A stretch of DNA of 62,267 bases, counting the filler, from Chiloscyllium plagiosum (taxonomy: Eukaryota), in NCBI RefSeq assembly GCF_004010195.1. It is 4 parts of one record of this genome, joined end to end, with 100 filler letters (N's around TTAATTAATTAA, not from the genome) between each part and the next. Parts side by side here need not be neighbours in the genome. Positions count along the whole stretch, not along the records: positions 38,217 to 56,881 come from NC_057716.1; positions 56,982 to 62,267 come from NC_057716.1; 2 more parts are not named here. One strand, 5' to 3'. The notes beneath the pieces were generated by a model. The model was not told the DNA's origin, did not search any database, and was given only the letters and a program-made list of their open reading frames with translations. A program made the position numbers and the translations under genes. Of the stretch, positions 54,501 to 62,267 are shown one piece after another (the first letter of the stretch is position 1; each line of letters begins with the position of its first letter).

Positions 54501-55910
54501 TGATAAGGTGCCGCACAAAGGTTAATTCATAAGGTTGGATCATATAGGATTGGGGAAATTTGTTAGCTTGGATAGATGACTGGCTGATGGACAAAGACAG
54601 AGAGTCAGCATAAAGGTTTTTTTTCTAGTTGGCAAGAAGTAACTAGTGGGGTGCCGCAAGGTTCAGCACAGTGGCTCAGTGATTAAAACTGCTGCCTCAC
54701 AGCACTAGGGACTTGGATTCGATTCCAGCCTTGGGTGACTGTCTGTGTAGAGTTTGCATTTTTTCCCCTTGTCTGCATGGGTTTCCTCCAGTTGCTCGGG
54801 TTTCCTCCCAAAGTCCTTGATGTGCTAAATTGCCCATAATGTCCAGGGATCTGTGGGCTAGGTGGATTAGCCATGGAATTTGCAAGGTTACAGGGATAGG
54901 ATATGGGTTTGGGTGGTTTTGATGGGCCAAACAGCCTGCTTCCACACTGGAGGGATTCTGTGATTCTGTGATGACTTGGAAACAGGGATAGAGGCTCTAT
55001 AGCTAAATTTGTGGATGACACAAAATAAGCAGTGAGAAAATAAGAACCTTACAACTGGATGTAGATATGTTAGGAGAGTTGGCCAAAAGGTGACAGATGG
55101 AGTTTAACGTGGATAAGTGTGAGATCATGTATTTTGTTCGGAAAAATGAGAAGGCAATCTATTATCGAAATGGGGAGAGACTTCGAAATGCTGTGATGCA
55201 GAGGGATCTGAGTATCTCATTCATGAGTCACAGAAAGCATGCAGGTACAGTAGATAATGAAGAAAGTCAATAGAACATTGCCTTTAATAGCTAAAAGAAT
55301 AGAATATAGAGATAACAAAGTATTGTTGCAGCTAGGAGAAAGTGAGGACTGCAGATGCTGGAGATATTGTTGCCGCTATACAAGAGACCGAACTTGGAGT
55401 AATGTGCACAGGTTTGGTCCCCTTATAATTTGAAAAGATGTAGTGGCATTGAAGGCAGTTCAGAGGAGGTTCACTAGATTGATCCCAGAGATGAAGGGTT
55501 TGTCATATGAAGAGTGATTGAACAGTTTAGGCCTATGCTCTCAGGAATTTAGAAGAATGAGGGGAGATCAAATTGAGATAGTCAAGATGATAAAAGAAAT
55601 GGATAAAATAGACATGTAGTGAATGCTTCCTCTTGTGGGAAATTCTGGTACGAGAGGTCATAGTCTTAGGATAAGTGGTAGCAAATTTAAAACAGAGTTG
55701 AGGAGAAACTACTTCTTCCAAAGGGTTGTGAATCTGTGGAATTTGCTAACCCAAAGTATGCTGGATACTGGGGCAGTGAGTAACTTTATGGAGGAATTAG
55801 ACAGATTTTTAATTGCTAACGGGTTGAAGAGAAATGGAGAGAAGGCAGGAAAATGGGGGCAAAGAGCATATCAGCCATGATCAAATGGTGGAGTAGACTT
55901 GATGGGCCAA
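51600..55910 (+). mobile_element. Two decayed CR1 ORF2 copies (~51600-54290, ~54430-55910), with a nested SINE at ~54665-54975
   Basis: SDH-like, QHGF-like, FQKAFDKVPH and KFVDDTKI remnants, two 3' tails; SINE head GTGGCTCAGTGATT...GGATTCGATTCC. Confidence 0.8.
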
Positions 55911-55914
55911 ATAG

Positions 55915-56219
55915 TGGGCGGCAGGGTGGCACAGTGGTTAGCACTGCTGCCTCACAGCACCAGAGACCCGGGTTCAATACCCGCCTTAGGCAACTGTGTG
56001 GAGTTTGCGCATTCTTCCTGTGTCTGCGCGGGTTTCCTCCGGGTGCTCTGGTTTCCTCCCACAGTCCAAAAATGTGCAGGTTAGGTGAATTGGCCGTGCT
56101 AAATTGCCCACAGTGTTAGGTGAAGGGGTAAATGCAGGGAGGTGGATTGCTGTTTGGAGGGTCGGTGTGGACTTGTTGGGCTGAAGGGCCTGTTTCCACA
56201 CTGTAAGTAATCTAATCTG
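55915..56219 (+). mobile_element. HE1-type SINE
   Basis: GGGCGGCAGGGTGGCACAGTGGTTAGCACTGC...GGTTCAATAC; tail GGGCCTGTTTCCACACTGTAAGTAATCTAATCT. Confidence 0.9.
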
Positions 56220-56500
56220 AATTTATGAACATATCAACTGGAGATAATTATAATGAATGAAGAGAAACAATAGTGGTTATGTTATCCAAATGATCCTGAT
56301 CTAGATAGTTTGTCACGTGTCCCTTAATAGTCTGAGTGCATCCTATGTTTTACCTGTTTTACTATTATTCCTCTTAATATTTTTAAACTTCCTAATTTCT
56401 TCAATCTAACTTAAAAAAGAATCCTAAATGCATAGCATTCTGAATGATTACCTTTTTGTTATGGTAACATGGAGTAAGATAAGTTATTTTTTGTTCACAG

Positions 56501-56650
56501 GGTATTCTCCAAGGCTGCAATCAGATGTGTGCGGGCTATTTGTTCCAGCAAGATAAACAGTACGATGTTTCCTATGATACAGGAGATAAAGCAATACAGT
56601 GCGGCCGTCATGTGGACATTTTCAAGTTTTGGTTGATGTGGAAGGCGAAG
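56501..56650 (+). CDS. gad1: Glutamate decarboxylase 1 (GAD67), next internal exon (150 nt)
   Basis: ttttttgttcacag|GGT ATT CTC...GCG AAG|gtacag; [50 protein letters not shown]; phase 0 matches the previous exon; intron 16,606 bp. Confidence 0.98.
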
Positions 56651-56722
56651 GTACAGTAACCTGGGCTGAAGTCTTTTATTACCAGCTTGACATATTACAT
56701 ATACCTGGTTGTCTGACTTTAT

Positions 56723-56881
56723 GGAAAAAGTGAGGACTGCAGATGCTGGAGATCAGAGCTGAAAATGTGTTGCTGGAAAAGCGCAGCAGGTCAGGCAGCA
56801 TCCAAGGAGCAGGAGAATCGACATTTCGGGCATGAGCCCTTCTTCAGGAATGAGGAAAGTGTGCCAAGCAGGCTAAGATAA
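56723..56881 (-). mobile_element. Penelope terminal repeat with hammerhead core, cut by the linker
   Basis: Minus 56847-56820: CTGAAGA AGGGC TCAT GCCC GAAA TGTC. Confidence 0.75.
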
Positions 56882-56981
56882 NNNNNNNNNNNNNNNNNNN
56901 NNNNNNNNNNNNNNNNNNNNNNNNNTTAATTAATTAANNNNNNNNNNNNNNNNNNNNNNNNNNNNNNNNNNNNNNNNNNNN
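56882..56981. other. Artificial contig linker (44N-TTAATTAATTAA-44N)
   Basis: Identical 100-bp spacer. Confidence 0.95.
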
Positions 56982-57447
56982 AGGAGGCCTGTAGAAAACT
57001 CCTAACAGGGTGACCTCACCTTTCCTAATCCTAACCTCAGCCCAAACTCCCTCAGATGGCGAGTCTTCATCCATCGTCCTTTCCACCGTTGTAATACTAT
57101 CTTTGACAAGCAATGCCACACCTCCCCCTCTTTTGTCCCCACCTCTGACCCTACTAAAACATTCAAACCCTGGAACCTGCAACAGCCAATCCTGTCCCTG
57201 TTCTACCCATGTCTCCGTAATAGCCACAACATCGAAATCCCAGGTACCAACCCACACTGCAAGTTCATTGTAATACTATCTTTGACAAGCAATGCCACAC
57301 CTCCCCCTCTTTTGTCCCCACCTCTGACCCTACTAAAACATTCAAACCCTGGAACCTGCAACAGCCAATCCTGTCCCTGTTCTACCCATGTCTCCGTAAT
57401 AGCCACAACATCGAAATCCCAGGTACCAACCCACACTGCAAGTTCAT
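56982..57447 (-). mobile_element. CR1 ORF2 endonuclease fragment with a 179-bp tandem duplication
   Basis: WDFDVVAITETW...KRGGGVALLVK...LLGVFYRPP; 57090-57268 repeated at 57269-57447. Confidence 0.9.
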
Positions 57448-58889
57448 CTACAAGTAATGTTGAAATTGAAACTCAAACACTTAGGAGTGTCAGAGAAACA
57501 GACAAGTGCAGTAAAGGTATAAAAAACTTAAATTACAATTAGGGAAAATGGAGTTAGAAGATTAAACAAGAGAGAGGGAAGAAATAGAGAGGGAGAGAGA
57601 AAGGGAAAGAGCGAGAGAAAAGAAAGAGAAAGAGAGAGAAAGGGAGAGAGAAAGAGAGAGGGAGAGAGAGGAAAAAGAGAGAGAGAGAAGGTTCTTGGCT
57701 GAGCAAAGAGAGAGCGAAGATAGGGAGAAAGAAAGAGAGAGAAAGTTCTTAGCTGCTCAAAAAGAGAGAATGTGAACTTGAGAAGTTGCGACTTAGTCAG
57801 CAAAGCCAAGTTAACAGGATGGAAATTAAAAGAGAAGGTACATATATATATGTACCTTCTCTTTTAATTTCCATATATATATAAAAATATGTCAAAACTC
57901 TGCCACATTTTGACGAGGAAGATGTTAAATCCTTCTTCATTTCATTTGAAAAATTGGCTAGACAGATGGAGTGGTCTGAGGATTTATGGGTAATGCTAGT
58001 TTAGACTAAACTGTTAGGCAGAGCTAGTGAGGTATTTGCCGCACTGTCAGATGAGTTGTCAAGAGATTATGTAGAGGTTAAACAGGCTATTTTAAGTGCT
58101 TATGAATTGGTGCCAGAAGCATATAGACAGCAGTTCTGAAACACAAAGAAGGAACCAGGTCAGACTTACGTTGAGTTCGAAAGAATTAAACATAATCATT
58201 TTGATCGATGGCTGTGTGCTTTGAAAATAGATAAGAAATTTGAGGCTCTAAGAGAGATTGTTCTGCTGGAGGAGTTCAAAAACTCACTTCCAGAGATGGA
58301 AAGAATTCACATGGAGGAACAGAAAGTTCAGGAAGTGAGAAGGGCAGCAGAATTAGCAGAGGAGTACATGTTGGTGCATAAGACAAACTTCTGGCAGAAT
58401 TTTGTCTTGTGAGGGACAGAAGGTGGGAGAAAGGGAGATCCTACATGATAGAACCAAGAATCAAGAACACTGGTATGATTTTACCAGAGGTTAAAGAAGC
58501 CCAAGAGGGTGGACAGGAGGAGAAAGGCCTCAGGTGTTTTCACTGTAATGGAGTGGGACACAGAAAATTACAATGCTGGTGGTTTCAGGGAACTGGGAAA
58601 AGGTGTTTTCACTGCCAGAAGGTGGGATACATAAAGACACAGCACTGGTCGTTAAAGAAAGGCACTGTGGGAAAAGAAGCTAAGCTAGTGGCATTAGTGA
58701 AGACAGTCGAGGAGAATCTAAGAAGAGCCGAGGAGCTGCAGGAGAGTATACAGCCAAGGCAGGGGCTGGGTATGGAGTTAGTACCTGATCTCTACAAAAG
58801 ATTCTCCTCTGTAGATAAAGTTTACTCAGAAAGAACAGGAGGAGAATGATAAGAAGTTATAATTTTGAGAGATACAAGATACAAGTTGT

Positions 58890-59220
58890 GGGCAGCACGG
58901 TGGCACCGTGGTTAGCACTGCTGCCTCACAGCGCCAGAGACCCGGGTTCAATTCCCGCCTCAGGCGGCTGTCTGTGTGGAGTTTGCACATTCTCCCCGTG
59001 TCTGCGTGGGTTTCCTCCGGGTGCTCCGGTTTCCTCCCACAATCCAAAAATGTGCAGGTTAAGTGAATTGGCCACGCTAAATTGCCTGTAGTGTTAGGTG
59101 CAGCGGTAAATGTAGGGGAATGGGTCTGGGTGGGGGTGGGTCGGTGTGGAGTGGGTCGGTGTGGACTTGTTGGGCCAAAGGGCCTGTTTCCACACTGTAA
59201 GTAATGTAATGTAATGTAAA
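58890..59220 (+). mobile_element. HE1-type SINE inserted in the gypsy protease
   Basis: Full tRNA head and (AATGT)n tail; splits the ILRDTR|SNQSL motif. Confidence 0.9.
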
Positions 59221-60582
59221 AAGATCTAACCAGTCTCTGATGGTAAGAGATGAGCGAATTTGCACTTTTTCTGATCTATTACCTGAGAGTGTGGTAATAT
59301 GTGGGATAGATGGACATAAATTTAGTGTAAGATCAGGTTGAAGTAGCAACTCAAAACTGGGGAAATTACAGTGGGAGTGATTGACAGAGTGTCAGTTCCA
59401 AGAATTCAGTTTGTTCTTGGGAATGATTTGGCAGGATCCAAGATGGGAGTGATACCCCTTATTGTGGAGAAGTCCAAGAAACTGAAGAGTTAAAACAGAA
59501 ATATTCTGGTATTTTCACAGACTGTGTGATAATCAGATCCCACTATCATAAAGTCACAGCATGAAGCGAAAAGTACAGAGAAAGATGAAGGAGTTGAGGT
59601 TCAGTTAGTATGCTTGACATAATGGTGCAGGAAAAAACCTGAACAGGCAGAGGGTCAGACAGAAGTGTTTAGTCCTGAAGGGCTAAGAGACTTGCAACAG
59701 CAAGACAAGTTGATAAAAGATATATTTAGATGCATATTCTGAAAAGGAGGCAGAGAATATTCGGGAGGGTTATTATCTGAAAGATAGGATCCTAAGATGG
59801 AAATGGAGCTCACGGCAGGTTAGTGCAGAGGAAAAATGGGCCGAAGTGCACCAGATTGTGTTGCCGGTAGCATACAGACAAAAGGTGTTATGGGTAGCAC
59901 ATGAACTACCTGTGGGAAGTCAGCTAGGGGAAGAAAAACTCAGGCTAAGGTAAAAAAACATTTTTACTGGCCTGGAATGCACAAAGATGTGGTTAACTTT
60001 TGCTATATGTGTCATACATGCCAAATGGTATGTAAGCCACAGCCGATAATAAAACCAATACCTTTGTTGCCATTTCCTGCATTTGAAGAAGCTATCACAC
60101 TGGTTATAATCGACTGTGTAGGTTCCCTCCCGAGAACTAAAAGTGGGAACCAGTATTTGGTAACCATAACGGATGTGTCTACCAGATTTCCAGAGGCAAT
60201 TCCATTATGGAGTATCAAGGCAAAAAGGGTGGTGGAGGAGTTAGTAGCTTTCTTCACACGGTATGGTCTACCCAGAGAGAATCAGTTGAACCAAGAGTCA
60301 AATTTTACTGCTAGGTGGTTTAAGGAGGTTTTGGATAGCTTAGGTGCACAGCACTTCAAAACGAAAGCTTATCATCCTGAATCCCAGGGAGCTTTAGAAA
60401 GGTGGCATCAGGCCTTGAAGACCATGTTGAGAGCAAACTGTCAGGATTACCCGAATGATTGGGATAAAAGTTATCCCATTCATATTGTTTGCCATTAGAG
60501 ATGCCCCAAATGAATCTACTCAGTTTACTCCCTTTGAGTTAATATTCAGTCATGAAGTGAGAGGCCCTTTGAAATTAATTAA

Positions 60583-60907
60583 GGGCGGTACTATGGCTCA
60601 GTGGTCAGAACTGCTTCTTCATAGCACCAGGGTCCCAGGTTCGATTCCAACCTCAGGCGATATCTGTGTGAAATTTGCACATTCTCCCTGTGTCTGCGTG
60701 GGTTTCCTTTGGGTGCTCCAGTTTCCTCCCACAATCCAAAGATGTGCAGGTTAGGTGAATTGGCCATGCTAAATTGCCCATAGTCTTAGGTGCATTAATC
60801 AGAGGAAAAAGGGGTTTGCATGTGTTACTCTTCGGAGGATCAGTGTGGACTTGTTGGACCGAAGGGCCTGTTTCCACACTTTAGGGAATCTAATCTAATC
60901 ATCTAAT
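60583..60907 (+). mobile_element. HE1-type SINE inserted in the gypsy integrase
   Basis: TGGCTCAGTGG / GGTTCGATTCC boxes and AATCT tail; interrupts the integrase after VRGPLKLIK. Confidence 0.9.
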
Positions 60908-61761
60908 GTAAAAAAAAAATGGACAGGACCAAAGTCAAAGATCTCACACTTAGATTATGTATCAGAGGTGAGGGAAAGATTAAATTGAGCAGGTGAGTTA
61001 GCTAAGCAGCACCTAAAGAGGGCACAGTGTAAAATGAACAGGTGGCAGATAAAAGCACTCAGGCTCGAAAGTTTTCCCAAGGGGATGACGTGTTAGTACT
61101 GTCACCAGTGATAGGAGATCCCTTCAAAGCCAAGTTTAGTGATACCTATCAAATTGAGAAAAAGTTGAGTCAGGTGAACTATTTAGTAAAGATGCCAGAT
61201 AGGAAAAATGGTATTGAGCATATCATGTGAACATGTTGAAACCGTGTTATACTAAAGAGAAACAACTGGAGAAACAGGTGCTAGCTACTGCCCCACAGAG
61301 TGAGGAATCAAATCCAGATGATGTGGATTTTGATGTGCCTCAAAATAGATTAAAAAATAAAGAAGTCCTTGAGGAGTGGGATAGGTTCGTAAGCTATCTG
61401 TCTCAGGAGCAGAGAACACAGTCAAAAGATTTGTTACTGCAATACAAGGACGTATGTAAGAATCAGATGGGGAAGCGCTAATGCTATTGCACATGAAGTA
61501 GACCTAGGAAGTACTGCTTGGTTTAATCCTTTCAAAGTCAGACAGGACCAGAAGGAGGTGGATGCCATGCTCGACGAGGACATCATGGAACCAAGCCAGA
61601 ACTAGTGGAACTTGCCGATCGTCTTAATTCCCAAACCGGGTGGGTCTCAATGATTCTGCATGGATTATCAGAAGGTCAACACCATTACAAAATTGGACTC
61701 ATTTGCAATTCCTAGATCGGAGGACTATTTCGAGAAAGTTGGACAAGCCAGTTACATCACC

Positions 61762-62267
61762 ATAGAGTCATAGAGTCATAGAGTCATAGAGATGTACAGC
61801 ATGGAAACAGACCCTTCAGTCCAACCTGTCCATGCTGACCAGATATCCTGTCCGTGCCGACCAGATATCCCAACCCAATCTAGTCCCACCTGCCAGCACT
61901 CTTCCAACAGTGGCCTAACCAATGTCCTGTACAGCTGAAATATGACCTCCCAAATCCTGTACTCAATACTCTGACGAATAAAGGAAAGCATACCAAATGC
62001 CTTCTTCACTATCCTATCTACCTGCGACTCCACTTTGTACTCAATACTCTGACCAATAAAGGAAAGCATACCAAACGCCTTCTTCACTATCCTATCTACC
62101 TGCGACTCCACTTTCAAGGAGCTATAAACCTGTACTCCAAGGTGTCTTTGTTCAGCCACAATCTCTAGGACCTTTCCATTAAGTGTATAAGTCCTGCTAA
62201 GATTTGCTTTCCCAAAATGCAGCACCTCACATTTATCTGAATTAAACTCCATCTGCCACTTCTCAGC
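61762..62267 (-). mobile_element. CR1 3' fragment truncating the gypsy RT, with a 78-bp tandem duplication
   Basis: MEFNSDKCEVLHFGKAN...; KVESQVDRIVKKAFGMLSFIxQSIEY occurs twice; (AGAGTCAT)n tail. Confidence 0.92.

Larger units (their letters stand above)
57450..61761 (+). mobile_element. Gmr1-type Ty3/gypsy LTR retrotransposon internal region (gag-PR-IN-RT), decayed
   Basis: gag FFISFEKLA...YELVPEAYRQQF...LLEEFKNSLP; CFHCNGVGHRKLQC knuckle; protease ILRDTRSNQSL; integrase FYWPGMHKDVVNFCYMCHTCQ, IDCVGSLP, YHPESQGALERWH; then RT PIVLIPKPGGSQ*FCMDYQKVN. Confidence 0.9.

Noticed and set aside
55915..55990. tRNA-like sequences
   Set aside because: They are SINE heads with box A/B, continuing into SINE bodies; no stand-alone tRNA gene supported
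57528..57809. Leu/Ser/Phe-rich minus-strand ORF resembling a membrane protein
   Set aside because: Antisense of the GA-rich coiled-coil segment of the gypsy gag

Overview
Vertebrate genomic DNA, most likely from a shark (inferred from HE1-type tRNA-derived SINEs with CR1-derived tails and dense CR1/Penelope content). It is not one continuous locus: three identical 100-bp artificial linkers (44N-TTAATTAATTAA-44N) split it into four blocks (1-14945, 15046-38116, 38217-56881, 56982-62267) that may be unrelated. Host-gene content is sparse: two unambiguous GAD1 (GAD67) exons (39816-39894 with the PLP-lysine NPHK motif, and 56501-56650), a CpG-island promoter with tandem RFX X-boxes and two small spliced exons of an unidentified gene (~29250-29755), and a candidate minus-strand terminal exon (6435-6522). 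Most of the rest is decayed retroelements (CR1 LINEs, SINEs, Penelope-like elements carrying minimal hammerhead-ribozyme cores). Manual translation through stops and frameshifts shows three notable relics: an endogenous retroviral env C-terminus with a probable 3' LTR (16037-17356) and a GalEa-like Ty1/copia RT-RNase H (24661-25627, minus), both missed by the ORF track, and a Gmr1-type gypsy element with integrase before RT (57450-61761), only partly visible in it. No intact novel system could be supported. Repeat boundaries are approximate and family assignments rest on recalled motifs, not database searches.
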